The translations under genes and the position numbers were made by a program. Shown in pieces: positions 10,001 through 20,518 of a stretch of DNA of 55,060 bases. The notes under the pieces were generated by a model that was not told the origin of the DNA, did not search any database, and was given only the letters and a program-made list of their open reading frames with translations. Positions within the stretch are counted from its first letter, which is position 1. Each line of letters opens with the position of its first letter. Source of the stretch: Halocafeteria seosinensis (lineage: Eukaryota); NCBI GenBank assembly GCA_001687465.1, contig LVLI01000061.1, positions 1 to 55,060 of the forward strand, given 5' to 3'.

Positions 10001-13000
10001 CACAGTCTTTTTCCTTCTGCGACTTCTCCCGTTTTTCCTCATTCAACTCGCTGATCAACTGCTCCAACCGCTCGTCTTTCTGCTTTTGATTGAGGTCTCG
10101 CGACTTGAGCTGCTCTAATTCATTCTCCAATTCATTAATTTTAGCCTTGTAGCTCTCCTTTTGTGAGGAGAGACTTGACTTCGATATTTCTAACTTCCTA
10201 TTTAGGATTTTATTTTCCTCTTCAGACTTGGTCACATGTTGTTTAACTTCAGCAAGTTCCTTCGACAGTTCGTCGTTCCTTTCAGTCAGTTCATGCTCCC
10301 GCACTTCGATGGTACGGCACTTGTCCTCTAAGGATTTATTTCTTTCAGTCGTCTCCTTAATTCTGCGGTCAAGCTCTTCCACCTTATCAGTAGTTTCGCG
10401 CACTTGCCTAGCACTATCCTCTTTCTCTGTTTCCAGCTGTTGCTTTGTCTGTCTTAACTCCTGCAAGTCTTGCTTCAATGTGACCACCCTTTGTGCGATA
10501 TCGTCGGACTCGGCAGTTTCCGCCGACTGGGAGGGAGTCCGGACGCTACCAAAAGTTCCAAGTCTTGCAGGAGGTGTCCCAGAATCGGCTCTTTCGGCAG
10601 TCTCTTCACCGTATTGGTCCTCTGCCATATTCTCAGGTTCAATCCCAAGTGCTTCCTGAAGCTTTCGCTTGGACAATCTTGCGGTCTCCAATTCACTCAT
10701 AGCTGTTTTGTGATCAGAGACAGCTTTTTCATTTTCTTCTCGTAGTTCTGCATTCGAAGTCTCTAATTCCTCGATTTTCTTGGACATCGTTTGCACATCA
10801 CTCCTCGCGTTTTCTTTCTCTGATCGTTCCTGCAAAAGTTCGGATCTCAATTGGGCCCTTTCTTCCTCCAGCATGTGCGTTTTATCAGACACCGACTCTT
10901 GCAGTTCCTCAATGCGAGCCTCCAGCGTAGACCTCTGGTCGGTCAGGTCAGACAGCTTTTGTTCCTGCTCGCTGTTAAGTTCTTGCAGTTCTTTCATTTT
11001 CTCTTTGCTCTCGCTTCGTTCTGCAATCAACTCCTCCTTTTCCGTCTCCAGCTGGGTCACCACGGTTTGTTTGCTTCGCAGCTGTTCCTCTTTCTTTTTC
11101 GTCTGACCTTTGGTGTCTCTAAAAGAGTGTAGCATAAGGGCAGAAGCGTCTGCCTGCCGGTTTTCTAAACGCTGTAATTTCTGCTGGAGATTACAGAGCT
11201 GTACAACGACGTCCTGATAGCCCTCTGTAAGTTCGTCTGACGTGCGATACACTTTAGATCGAATACAATGAATGGATGCGTGAGCAGAAGTGAGTTTCTT
11301 GCTTTCTTCGTTGAGAGAGGAGGTCGTATCTTCTAATTTGGTTTTAAGGGCATTGATGTGCACTTCTTTATCGTCTAATTGCTCCATGAGTTTCCGTCTC
11401 TCTTCTTCAGCTGTATTTCGCATATCCTCCAGCTTCGATTCCAATTTACGCACGGTCTCTCGTAGCGAGTCATTGTACTCTTGCATATCGCAAACAGTAG
11501 TCCTTTCAGCCTTTAGTTGATCAGAATATTCTCTAAGTTCTTCTTCCTTCGCAGAGACTGCTTCACGACTTGCGTTAAGGTTTTCCTTCATTTCCTGAAA
11601 CTTCTGTATCACAGTTTCGACTTCACTTTTCAGGGAAGCTTCTCCGCTGACCTCAGATATGCGATACAAGGAAGCCCTCACATCCTCCAGCTCCTTGTCC
11701 GACGTACGCATCCTATGCTCCAATTGTTCCAATCTTGCATTTTTCCCAGCAATGATCCTCTTAGTCTGAAGGACTAGCTGTTGCTGATCTTGTACGCATT
11801 TGAACAAGCGTTCCTGCACACCCTGCAATGCGGATGCAGTCCGTGCATCATCCTCCTGCTGCCTCACGTCTTCGAATAAATCCAGAAGTAACCAACAAGT
11901 CTGCCTAGCTTCATTTTTCCAATCGTCGTTTACGTATAGCTGCGGAGGACTATTTTCCGTCCCACTCTGAAGCGCTGGAAGAGCAGTATATTTCTGTTGT
12001 GCCCCCGCGCTTTCTTTTAGTTCGTTGTTGTCTGAGCTACCTAAGCGCTTGCTTTGCTCAACCAAGCGATCCAGAGGTACCCTACAGTCCCCAAGCAAAT
12101 TCAGGATATTTTCGAAGTCACACTTACAATCATTTCTCAAATCAAATAGAGTATGCTTCAAAGTTGCAGCGACTTGCCTGCAACTGTCCGTAGTTCTATA
12201 TCCTAATAGTTTCCATGACTCCCATTTGTTAGTTCTTCGAGCAAGCTCACTCTCTAGTTCCTCTACACGTTGCTTTAATTCCGTCTCTCGCCCCGACTCT
12301 TCGCCATGTGTTTGCCTAACGCCTTCTACCTCTTGCCGTAGCTTCTGGTTTTCCTGTTTAACTCTGGCGGCATCTTCTGATAACTCTTGAAGTCTCTCGT
12401 CGCTCACCTGGCGATGCTGTTCAGCTTCACGCCGTGCCTCCTGTAACCGGCTGTTACTTTCGGAGAGTTCTTTTTGTGCTTCGTCAATTTGTTTGCGAAG
12501 GTTTTCATTCTCTGCGTGCTGGTCTTTAATTCCCTTTTCTGGCTCTCTCCGCCCACCATTGGCAGTAACAAGTGCTGTTTTGTCCTGCAAACCATTCTCT
12601 GTGCTGTATAACTCTGTTCTTAGCTCCTCAATCTGTTGCTGAAGGCCCTTATTTTCTCTACATTGTGTGTTTAATTCCTGGGAGATTAGCTTCACCTTCT
12701 TGTCGAGAGTTCTCAAACCATTCTCAAGCCTTTCATGTGCGCTCGACTCTTTCTCGGGAGCAGGGCTGGTATCCGCTGCAGACATCGTTTCCACTGGAAG
12801 AACCTCATCGATACGCTTGTACATAGTCTCCACTCGATGAGCGGTCAGACGATTGAGTGCTTGGTTTTCGGCTCGTTCATCGCGTCGGGCCCTTTCACAA
12901 GATTCGCATTTTTCGCGAAGACTCTGGATGGTTTTCTGCATATCCTCAATCAACACACGGTCTCGATGCTCTTGTTCCTTCCTCGCAGACTCGGTCACAC

Positions 13001-13994
13001 TGAGCTTGTATTCCAGGTCTGGTTCTTCAGATCTCTCTGTGTCATAGACGTCAGGAGAACGCGCATGCCTCGCTCTAGTTTTCTCTCCCACCGATAGCTC
13101 CGTCAAGCGAGCTTGAAGCTGTTCGACCTTATCCGAGAGTTCCCGTATCATCCCCTGCTGAGAAGCTCGTTGAGTGTCATAATTACCACCGTACACTGGG
13201 CTTCTTGGGCTATGATGGCTCAAATGTTTCGGTGGACTGACAGCTCCAGGGCTCCCCGTCTTGTAGCGCTCGGCAAACGCTGCAGTTCTCGGGGAGAGGT
13301 GAGTATGAGTCTCTCCCTTGTGTGACGGTATCGGCGGAGGAGACGACGCCTTCTGTACAGCTCTCGGCTCAGCTCGTAATTGCTCCGCGGAGGACGAAGA
13401 TACTGGGTAAGGGCGAGCAGCGTACCTGCTGGTACCAGCTGCACTAGTGCTGCTTTCACTACTGTGAGACGAAGTTGGGCTCAAACTGTGGCTTCCATAG
13501 CGTTGAATACCGCCTTTTGTAGTAGCTTTAGAGGTTGTCGTGGTAGCTTTTGGATGCTCTGTGCTTGGATTCCTGCCTCCCAGAGCATCCCATGAGCCGA
13601 GCATTCGACGCCGCGATACAGAGGCGTATGCCTCTGCCATGGGGGAGGTCTCCCCGGAATCTTTACTGGCAAAATACTCCAATAAACGAGTCACACGTTC
13701 CGAGCGAATATTGTCTTGAGGAGACGAGGAATTGGTCTCCGAATCCGGGCTTCCTCGTCCATTTGCACTGAAATGCCGTGCTCGACGCTCTTTTTCCTTG
13801 GCACGCAGCATTTTATTCACACTTTCGGAGCGTCGTGGACGTCCACGAGGCTCTGGAGACCGTAATAAACCTTGGGAATCGTGGGTCTTCTTCGTTTCTT
13901 CCTCCTCTTTTCCTCGGGAAGGAGGGAAAACCGCAGAATCTTTATTAAATAAAGACGACGAGGATGATGAAGAATTGTAAGAATGAGGCTGCAT
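7074..13994 (-). CDS. 2306-aa coiled-coil protein with C-terminal PH domain (PLC/Mcp5-type), intronless
   Basis: Ser/Pro-rich disordered N-terminus, then a very long E/K/Q/L heptad region. C-terminal FLKY...KPHERVFWLD...ITEITKGRAT...LSIVTRDRTLDME...W fits a PH fold. Confidence 0.85.
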   Translation of the reverse strand: MQPHSYNSSSSSSSLFNKDSAVFPPSRGKEEEETKKTHDSQGLLRSPEPRGRPRRSESVNKMLRAKEKERRARHFSANGRGSPDSETNSSSPQDNIRSERVTRLLEYFASKDSGETSPMAEAYASVSRRRMLGSWDALGGRNPSTEHPKATTTTSKATTKGGIQRYGSHSLSPTSSHSSESSTSAAGTSRYAARPYPVSSSSAEQLRAEPRAVQKASSPPPIPSHKGETHTHLSPRTAAFAERYKTGSPGAVSPPKHLSHHSPRSPVYGGNYDTQRASQQGMIRELSDKVEQLQARLTELSVGEKTRARHARSPDVYDTERSEEPDLEYKLSVTESARKEQEHRDRVLIEDMQKTIQSLREKCESCERARRDERAENQALNRLTAHRVETMYKRIDEVLPVETMSAADTSPAPEKESSAHERLENGLRTLDKKVKLISQELNTQCRENKGLQQQIEELRTELYSTENGLQDKTALVTANGGRREPEKGIKDQHAENENLRKQIDEAQKELSESNSRLQEARREAEQHRQVSDERLQELSEDAARVKQENQKLRQEVEGVRQTHGEESGRETELKQRVEELESELARRTNKWESWKLLGYRTTDSCRQVAATLKHTLFDLRNDCKCDFENILNLLGDCRVPLDRLVEQSKRLGSSDNNELKESAGAQQKYTALPALQSGTENSPPQLYVNDDWKNEARQTCWLLLDLFEDVRQQEDDARTASALQGVQERLFKCVQDQQQLVLQTKRIIAGKNARLEQLEHRMRTSDKELEDVRASLYRISEVSGEASLKSEVETVIQKFQEMKENLNASREAVSAKEEELREYSDQLKAERTTVCDMQEYNDSLRETVRKLESKLEDMRNTAEEERRKLMEQLDDKEVHINALKTKLEDTTSSLNEESKKLTSAHASIHCIRSKVYRTSDELTEGYQDVVVQLCNLQQKLQRLENRQADASALMLHSFRDTKGQTKKKEEQLRSKQTVVTQLETEKEELIAERSESKEKMKELQELNSEQEQKLSDLTDQRSTLEARIEELQESVSDKTHMLEEERAQLRSELLQERSEKENARSDVQTMSKKIEELETSNAELREENEKAVSDHKTAMSELETARLSKRKLQEALGIEPENMAEDQYGEETAERADSGTPPARLGTFGSVRTPSQSAETAESDDIAQRVVTLKQDLQELRQTKQQLETEKEDSARQVRETTDKVEELDRRIKETTERNKSLEDKCRTIEVREHELTERNDELSKELAEVKQHVTKSEEENKILNRKLEISKSSLSSQKESYKAKINELENELEQLKSRDLNQKQKDERLEQLISELNEEKREKSQKEKDCEDLEGRLRQVNQQRQKQMRSCSERASQLKTELRMVKTKNSDLLQLMNAISTQEQRHFTHLRKCLDPSMRHFVEVFPVLNTIDAGVDTMGKKIDSCSSCLNDVSAKFSEKVNGLRKKLDRQKKLNESYFDSSNRVTVLEEENLSLQETIKTKNNNIEELQREIQQLQDKDQALQVLKERNESVERELEEYRTKLEEKDNTMRDIQNEKAQLEASNNEHVEEIARVKEEAADKDSSHERSMDEVRAEYSAEIKSLQESNHSKNQHIEQLQSEVENLSKEVENLKSVNQQLEEEQSTLEQKIRDEESNHEQRLAALQQQAEQAEHQNAQTSELQQSVAQLRNENSDLQSYNASLEKRLEETEKAKKKAEEDLEQEADESRQHFENKMLTLRSSLLSLQNEAQSVHDEVEQIAVEQRRILAQMRSELEDNDQALIGDTDRLCSWMKKYEQMVGKLTASQQTVHDQLSQEKQQHQARISELEQELYEIKEVNTRMEEELRNEKNTLAEKDDQIATLQNQIENLKDNASTSESKIQESNELLSNEVSTLKQELLALHNSLQRAKACRENMYSRVQAFQSTEKQEAHAVSQSVQELQELYIDDTTRVQGFLNTLTGLLKQKGDADKEENERLRESSAKYYNECRSLKQQLQELKDGQEVEEHGYSKLRERLEEKDEELGQYEAFVHSFAKQLQAMVQDSSFSIVENEQKLDSQLAKLNAAKITVDSLRGKPLRIKTRKAATSAASPQLASPERPILRGFGHSAEGSEERKTFPPESVHRGRHEAEAIEEAPPKKEDSLGAPVAEEVESKHAEQLPHTEEEAGEGFAEVSLSGEEEEEELSEDVMEFMLMLLHGFRFLKYASGILSKPHERVFWLDVSGNYLFFRWGVPGDHSFNDDRTVTLDEITEITKGRATKTLQKKGKLEKDPQYLSIVTRDRTLDMELADEAQRDWIHKNLKDIIETPGLLQDALMALFHSGRFQPGQ

Positions 13995-14340
13995 TGTCTC
14001 GAGACGCTGTCAACCGACCCAAAGACGCTAAAATACACGAGTTACGCTGGGAAGAGGCGCTCTCGGATCTTGGATCACCGAGGCCGCCACCAATGCCGAG
14101 CCTCAGAGAGAAGGAGGACGGAGGACTGGGTGGTCTCCGACAACAAACGAAGGTCGTATGTGGAGAGAATCCAAAAGTACGACCTTTTGTGGTTGACAAA
14201 CCAGCCAGCAACTTGACAAAGTGGCCAGAACTTCAAGAAAACCAACATATCATACATCATGATATGATATGTGTAATCAGGATTGAAAGTAATGAGTTGT
14301 TCATTCGCGTATGAAATGAATCGTAGGACAAATAAAAAGC

Positions 14341-17300
14341 TTAACTACTGTCGTACGAAGGGTGACTTCCAGGATGTTGCCCTGACTGACTGTTGGTTCC
14401 ACCCGCATGTTTTTTCCCGGCAGCGCCTTTGTACAAGGACGTGTTCAGCGCGTGTAGGTTCTTCGAGGCCTTTATGTGTGTAGTGCTGGCGGGGCTTGAC
14501 TTGTACTGCGGTAACGTGGGGGAGAACTCTTTCTTCGAACTACGGAACGAATGACTCTGAATGAGAGTATTTCTTGCCTGCAACGACAACTGATTCCTGC
14601 TGCTACTCGTTGTTGACGCGGAACATTCATCGACACTTGCCGAGGAAGGGGTCTCCCGTGTATGCTCTTCCGTTTTTGTTTTAACCTCAACGAGTGGGGG
14701 TGGTTCTGCAAACAGCTTTGCTTTCCAAACCCGCAGCTTTAATTTGGCCTGGTCCAGCCTGGGAACGTTGCTAGAGTCAACGGCGCTCGCCAATGCAACT
14801 TGTAACGAAGGCCGTTTTCCGCTCGATTTCTCCCCAGAGCGAAGTTCGGGTGCTTTTGCGGACACTAATTGCAATTTGCTTGAGGAACCAGCTTGTTTAC
14901 TTTGAGGGTCCACGAACGTAATCGTGGGGGCAACGTCACTGGATTCACCTTGGTGTTGAGGGATGGTCAAGAAAGAAACATGTTGCACTCGCTTTTCTTT
15001 CGCCTCTACGCTCTGCACAGGTGAAGTATGGAAAGATGGATTCGTTCGGGTAGCCAATGGATTCACGTGAGCCAGGTCGACGCCACTGGTAGCAGTGGAA
15101 CGTGAGGAATCACCATTCGAGGCAAAATATCCACTCGGTTTCAATGGTTGTACGGCAGTTCCAAGCTGTGCAGCAAAAAGATCTTCATAGCCTCTCAGAG
15201 ATCGGATGAAGCGTTTGTTACGCCTCCGTATGTATAATACAACCAGTAGAAACACAACGACAACAACAGCAAGAAATGGTCCTAGTAGTTCGACTGCCTC
15301 CTGTTCCATAGTGGTTTTTGGTGATTCCGCTGCTTGGGACGATTCATCGTCGGCAATGGTGGCTAAAGGAGAGGGTGTTCCCGGCTTCGACGGACTGATC
15401 GCAAAAGTAGCACTCAATGAAATTGTTGATGAAGACGACATGGAAGGGGAGGTTGTCGTCGATATTGTTGGTGATCCCGTCGTTGTTGAGGTGTGAGAAG
15501 CAGTCGAAGAACTGGAAGGGCTAATCGAAACCGATGGACTTCGTGTATATGAGGGGCTCCGTGTGGCACTGGTTGAACTGGAAACCGTACGACTAGGGCT
15601 TGGTGTAACAGTCGTGCTTCCACTGAAAGAGGGTGAAGGCGTTCCGGACTCGGTAGATGAGCCGGTGTAACTGGGTGTTATCGAAGAGGATACAGAAGCA
15701 CTGTTCGAAGAAGACGGTGTTTGACTTCCTGTTTCCGACGACGACGAAGTCTGTGTAGATGTTGACGTGGGGGAATTTGTCGGAACAAAACACGCACTCT
15801 CTTCTGTAGCCCCATTCACGCTAACTTCTCCTGCAGGACAAGAACGACATTCCGTTCCTCCCATACTATACTTTCCAGCTTCGCATACTGTACAGTCTTC
15901 CTTGGTTTCGGACCCCCGTTCGGTACTCTGCCCTGCAGGACAATTTCTGCACCGAGTACCTCCGCTACTATATTTACCAGGTTGGCAGCTCGTACAATCA
16001 TCCTCGTTTTCGGATTCCTCGTCACTACTCTTTCCTGGAGGGCAATCTTTACAAACGCTTCCTCCAGAACTATATTTTCCGGCGGCGCAAATCGTACAGT
16101 TGTTTTCGCTCACCGATTCTTCACTGCTACTCTTCCCAGCAGGACAATCTTTGCACACACTTCCTCCAGAGCTGTATTTGCCAGCGTTGCAGATGATACA
16201 GTCATTTTCACACGTGGATCCTTTGTCACTGCTTCTTCCTGGAGGACAATCATTGCAAACACCTCCTCCGGAGCTATATTTCCCGGCGGCGCAGACTCTA
16301 CAGTCATCCTCGTTTTCGTATCCTTTATCCCCACCCTTTCCCGCAGGACAATCCTTGCAAATGCTTCCTCCAGGGCTATACTTCCCCGCGTCGCAAATCG
16401 TACAATCATCCTGGTTATCAGATGCTCCATCACTACTCTTTCCTGGAGGACAATGTTTACACCGAGAACCTGCGGTACTATATTTACCAGGTGGGCAATT
16501 CGTGCAGTCATCTTCGCTCTCAGATTCTTCATCAGTACTAGTACTCTTTCCGGCAGGGCAATCTCTGCAAACACTTCCTCCAGAGCTATATTTCCCGGGA
16601 TTGCAGATTTTACAGTCATTTTCGCTCTTGGACCCTTTGCCACTGCTTTTTCCTGGAGGACAATCAACACATTTTTCGCCATCACCACCAAAAGTTCCTC
16701 GTGGGCAACCAACACACTGGTTTTGTTGCTCATCGAATTCTTGCCCAGAGGAGCAAGTTATCTCGTAGCGGACACTGCAGATACGCATATCCATATTTCT
16801 GCCTGCGTACCAATCGTACAGGTTAAGGGGAGCCCAGGCAAGTTTTTTTATTGGCAACCTAGGGCCATTCAGAGTCCCTTGGTGTTGCGCAATCTCAGTG
16901 TTGTCGCTCACCCGGTTCAATGTTAGGGTGAAAGAATTCGAGCTCCAGTCCATGTTCACCATCATTTGCAGCCACTGAGGATAGTCAATATCAGTGTCAT
17001 ATCTCGGAGTTACGAATATAAGACCACTACCGTCGTCCGCCATGACTTGTGGATTATTCGTGCCTGCTCCAACCTCATATTCGTCGTTCTCGTCGATAAG
17101 CCGGATTCCACCTCCCTGGCTATTATGCCATTCATAGAAAAAGAAGGAAAAGGACTTGAGCTTTTGAGGGGATTGTAGAGTATGTGTTGCGACATCCTGA
17201 ACGACATTGTCGGCTTGGATTTCCAAACTCTTGCTCTCTCCATTGTCACAGGTGGCATCCGTCCACTCCACGCTGTCATGGTCGATGTCCCATTCGCTTT

Positions 17301-17397
17301 CATCATCGAACGTCAAGTGCACTGTATATCCATCCACGCATCGAAAAGCGAAGCTGGTGGTGCATAAAAAGAGAACAAAGAACAGTGTGTGCGACAT
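14341..17397 (-). CDS. Cys-rich type I membrane surface protein, copy 1 (9 repeats)
   Basis: Signal peptide MSHTLFFVLFLCTTSFA; about 200-aa beta-rich head; 9 CxxC..GxY/F..CxxCP.G units (ephrin-receptor-like/GCC2_GCC3 type); Ser/Thr stalk; TM FLAVVVVVFLLVVLYI followed by RRRNKR; long cytoplasmic tail. Confidence 0.85.
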   Translation of the reverse strand: MSHTLFFVLFLCTTSFAFRCVDGYTVHLTFDDESEWDIDHDSVEWTDATCDNGESKSLEIQADNVVQDVATHTLQSPQKLKSFSFFFYEWHNSQGGGIRLIDENDEYEVGAGTNNPQVMADDGSGLIFVTPRYDTDIDYPQWLQMMVNMDWSSNSFTLTLNRVSDNTEIAQHQGTLNGPRLPIKKLAWAPLNLYDWYAGRNMDMRICSVRYEITCSSGQEFDEQQNQCVGCPRGTFGGDGEKCVDCPPGKSSGKGSKSENDCKICNPGKYSSGGSVCRDCPAGKSTSTDEESESEDDCTNCPPGKYSTAGSRCKHCPPGKSSDGASDNQDDCTICDAGKYSPGGSICKDCPAGKGGDKGYENEDDCRVCAAGKYSSGGGVCNDCPPGRSSDKGSTCENDCIICNAGKYSSGGSVCKDCPAGKSSSEESVSENNCTICAAGKYSSGGSVCKDCPPGKSSDEESENEDDCTSCQPGKYSSGGTRCRNCPAGQSTERGSETKEDCTVCEAGKYSMGGTECRSCPAGEVSVNGATEESACFVPTNSPTSTSTQTSSSSETGSQTPSSSNSASVSSSITPSYTGSSTESGTPSPSFSGSTTVTPSPSRTVSSSTSATRSPSYTRSPSVSISPSSSSTASHTSTTTGSPTISTTTSPSMSSSSTISLSATFAISPSKPGTPSPLATIADDESSQAAESPKTTMEQEAVELLGPFLAVVVVVFLLVVLYIRRRNKRFIRSLRGYEDLFAAQLGTAVQPLKPSGYFASNGDSSRSTATSGVDLAHVNPLATRTNPSFHTSPVQSVEAKEKRVQHVSFLTIPQHQGESSDVAPTITFVDPQSKQAGSSSKLQLVSAKAPELRSGEKSSGKRPSLQVALASAVDSSNVPRLDQAKLKLRVWKAKLFAEPPPLVEVKTKTEEHTRETPSSASVDECSASTTSSSRNQLSLQARNTLIQSHSFRSSKKEFSPTLPQYKSSPASTTHIKASKNLHALNTSLYKGAAGKKHAGGTNSQSGQHPGSHPSYDSS

Positions 17398-18274
17398 CTT
17401 GTCTCGCTCGGCATGCATATGTACTAAGTATGCCTGATCTTCATAAACACCCCCCACCTTAATTTCGTTGGAAGATCTATAAAACACGTATGCTGGAAGA
17501 AGGGGTATTACACCGTATGAGCAGCGGATCACCATCATGGAACGGCACACAATCCATGGCGGCAATGCCGCACAACTAGAAGTTACTATCGTGCGACTCC
17601 TCAGGCCCACTCCAACTCTGGTTACTGGTGCTGCAGAAATCCATGCGACGAACTATCACCAAAGTGTATAAATCCTCTTCTGGCCCATCATTTTGTACGC
17701 TCAATGTATTTGTAATTTCATTACGGTATTATTCTTGACCCAGCTTCGTGGAAGTGGAAGTTGGAGCTATGTGGGGGTTATGCGGCATTCAGGGCATTCT
17801 ACAAAGAGTAACAGATAGCCATAGCAAACCACAGCAAAGATCCACTAGAAGTGAGAGCGCACTATGTAAAAGTTCAAGTAGCTCGGTATGCGTCAGCGGG
17901 TGGTTGATGCGATGCGACGGAGTGCCATTCCACATTCGTTGGCAGGTCCCTATTGCGGCCGGAACAACCTATGCGTTATCTTTAGTGCCTCCACTACCAA
18001 CAATTTCTCCTGGTAGACAGATTAAGTTTCTCCCACACTTGATGCGTTGTATTTTCCCTCCTCGCATGCCCTAGATGTTTTACGAATCGTCGTGGCAGGT
18101 GGATCAATCCGTTCCTGCGTGGCTGTCGTGTGTCCCGGCTACCAATCAACATAACAGTCAGGAGACGTGCAAGCAGTTCGCCGTGGCAGCGACTCCGGTC
18201 ATCGAAGTACGCTAGCTCACCGACTCAGTCTTCTTCCTTCTACAAAACATCACACACATGAACAATAAGAATCC

Positions 18275-19651
18275 CTAAATATAACAGCTACAGTATTTCT
18301 CTGATTTTACTTTGACGCTTCTGCGTGGGTCCTGAGGACGCCGCGCCCTGGGTGGCACGAAGCAATCGTCTTGTCCTCTAGCTCCAGGATAGCTGATCTT
18401 TCGCTTGGGACAGATAAGGCATTTGGTCCCCCCGGAGCTATATGTTCCAGCGCCACAGATGGTACAGTCCTCGTCGCTTCCACTGCCCTCTTGACTACCC
18501 TTTCCGGCACGGCAATCTTTGCAAACACTTCCTCCAGGACTATATTTTCCGGAGTCGCACACTGTACACTTGTTTTTGCTCACAGATTCTTCATCACTGC
18601 TCTTTCCAGCAGGACAATCTTCGCAAACACTTCCTCCAGAACTATATTTTCCGGCGTCGCACACTGTGCACTTGTTTTCGCTCACAGATTCTTCATCACT
18701 ACTCTTTCCCGCAGGACAATCTTTGCAAACACTTCCTCCAGAACTATATTTTCCGGCGTCGCACACCGTACAGTCATTTTCGCTCACCGATTCTTCATCA
18801 CTACTCTTCCCAGCAGGACAATTTTTGCAAACACTTCCTCCCGGACCATACCTCCCAGCGTCACACACCGTACAGTCGTTTTCGCTGGTTGATCCTTTGC
18901 CACTGCTTTTTCCGGGGCCACAATCAACACATTGTTCTCCATCACTGCTAAATGTTCCTTCTTGGCAGTTGGCACACTTGTCTTGTTGCTCGTCGAGTTC
19001 TTGCCCAGAAGAGCAACTTATCTCGTAGCGGACGCTGCAAATACGCATGTACATATTGCTATTCCGATACCAATCGTTACCATTAATATCAGCCCAAGCC
19101 AGTGTCTTGATGGGTTTCTGAGGTCCGTTGAGGGCTCCACTGTATTGCTTAATCACGTGACTATCGTCCACACGGATCAACTCAGCCGTAAAAGTAGTTG
19201 AATCCCAATCAATGTCGACCTTGATACGAAGCCATTGGTTGTAATCGATATTGTTCCCGGTTTTCCAGTCCATACCACTGCCATCGTCCACCATGAATTG
19301 TGGATTATCCGTGCCGAATCCCAATTCCAGTGCATCATCTTCGTTGACGAGCCTTATTCCACCGCCATTACTTGAAGACCATTCATAGTAAAAGAAGGAG
19401 AAAGACTTCATTTTTTGTGGGAAAGGTAAGGTGTGCGTTGCGACATCCTTATTGACGGGGCCAGCTTGAATTTCCAAGCTCTTGCTCGTTGCATTATCGC
19501 AGGTGTCATTCTTCCACTCAACACTGCTATGGTGGATGTCCCATTCATTAGTATTTTCGAATGTCAAATGCCTGATATATCCATCAGTGCACCGAAATAA
19601 GACGCTGCTTGTGCACATACATGTAAAGAGCGCGAAGAACAGCCGGTGCAT
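18275..19651 (-). CDS. Cys-rich protein, copy 2 (6 repeats), no stalk or TM; probably secreted
   Basis: Signal peptide MHRLFFALFTCMCTSS; head nearly identical to copy 3; 6 repeats. The C-terminus may be spliced (GTAAAA at about 18310 ...TTGTAG, giving SVK/KEED*); neither reading has a TM. Confidence 0.8.
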   Translation of the reverse strand: MHRLFFALFTCMCTSSVLFRCTDGYIRHLTFENTNEWDIHHSSVEWKNDTCDNATSKSLEIQAGPVNKDVATHTLPFPQKMKSFSFFYYEWSSSNGGGIRLVNEDDALELGFGTDNPQFMVDDGSGMDWKTGNNIDYNQWLRIKVDIDWDSTTFTAELIRVDDSHVIKQYSGALNGPQKPIKTLAWADINGNDWYRNSNMYMRICSVRYEISCSSGQELDEQQDKCANCQEGTFSSDGEQCVDCGPGKSSGKGSTSENDCTVCDAGRYGPGGSVCKNCPAGKSSDEESVSENDCTVCDAGKYSSGGSVCKDCPAGKSSDEESVSENKCTVCDAGKYSSGGSVCEDCPAGKSSDEESVSKNKCTVCDSGKYSPGGSVCKDCRAGKGSQEGSGSDEDCTICGAGTYSSGGTKCLICPKRKISYPGARGQDDCFVPPRARRPQDPRRSVKVKSEKYCSCYI

Positions 19652-20518
19652 TCTCGCGCCTGACAAGGTGGCAATGTACCGGTACAGTGGATGTAAAGCG
19701 CACACTACCACCACACACCGCACACGAGACAATCAGTATCACGAAAACGACACCCTTTTAGTAACAGTTCGATGGACACGATTTCACCACAGTGTTCTGT
19801 ATGCTATCAGGGTTGTACCGTAGAATACAAGCGCCCACACGTCGAAGCATTGAATGTAGGAAACGCAGCGTTACTCGCGCGGGGGTTCTTTAACGGATGT
19901 GCTTCTAAATATATGGTATGAACTGTAGTCGTGCAGAAGCAAGTGAAGAATGTGACAAGTGGGGTGGCGTTGCATCATTGTACAAACGTTGGGGATGCAG
20001 CTTCCTGCAACGGGCCCAGGGCCCACGTATCACGTACAACGGTACGGAAGAGTGACCATTCCCTACCTCTTTCAATAGGATCAAGTAGGATTTGTTCATG
20101 CACACCGCGAAAAACTGTGCATTTTTGTCACGCTGTATCATACAGGGTACCGGTTGTTGTACCGTGCTAGTAGAGTTCTAAACGTGGTGTGTTTTCGTGT
20201 TCGTTCTTGGGAAGCGCTTTGTACAATTGTATTGAGATGACCAATGAACTTTGAAGGGTTGAGGCTCTTCGAATTTCAAAGTCAAAGTGCGCACCATCGG
20301 TTCGCGAGGCAAACAGAAAACTGGCAGAGGTTAGCTACGCACGCTAGAAGTGTGATTAGCACATAAGAAGTCCCTGGTACCAGATACAGACAGTAGTGTT
20401 TACAGCAAGTTGGCAGCAACTTGACAAAGTGGCCAGAACTTCAAGAAAACTAACATGCATGTAATGTACATTGTCAGGACTGGATGGAAACAGGGAGTTG
20501 GAGTTGTTCATTCGCATA

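Noticed and set aside
7616..13980. Many small ORFs overlapping the coiled-coil gene
   Set aside because: Shadow frames of biased E/K/Q/L codons.
17398..17610. N-terminal extensions from GTG/TTG starts in the ORF track (also 3514, 19732, 24568, 28261, 43560, 48102)
   Set aside because: Eukaryotic genes; downstream ATGs precede the signal peptides or conserved domains.
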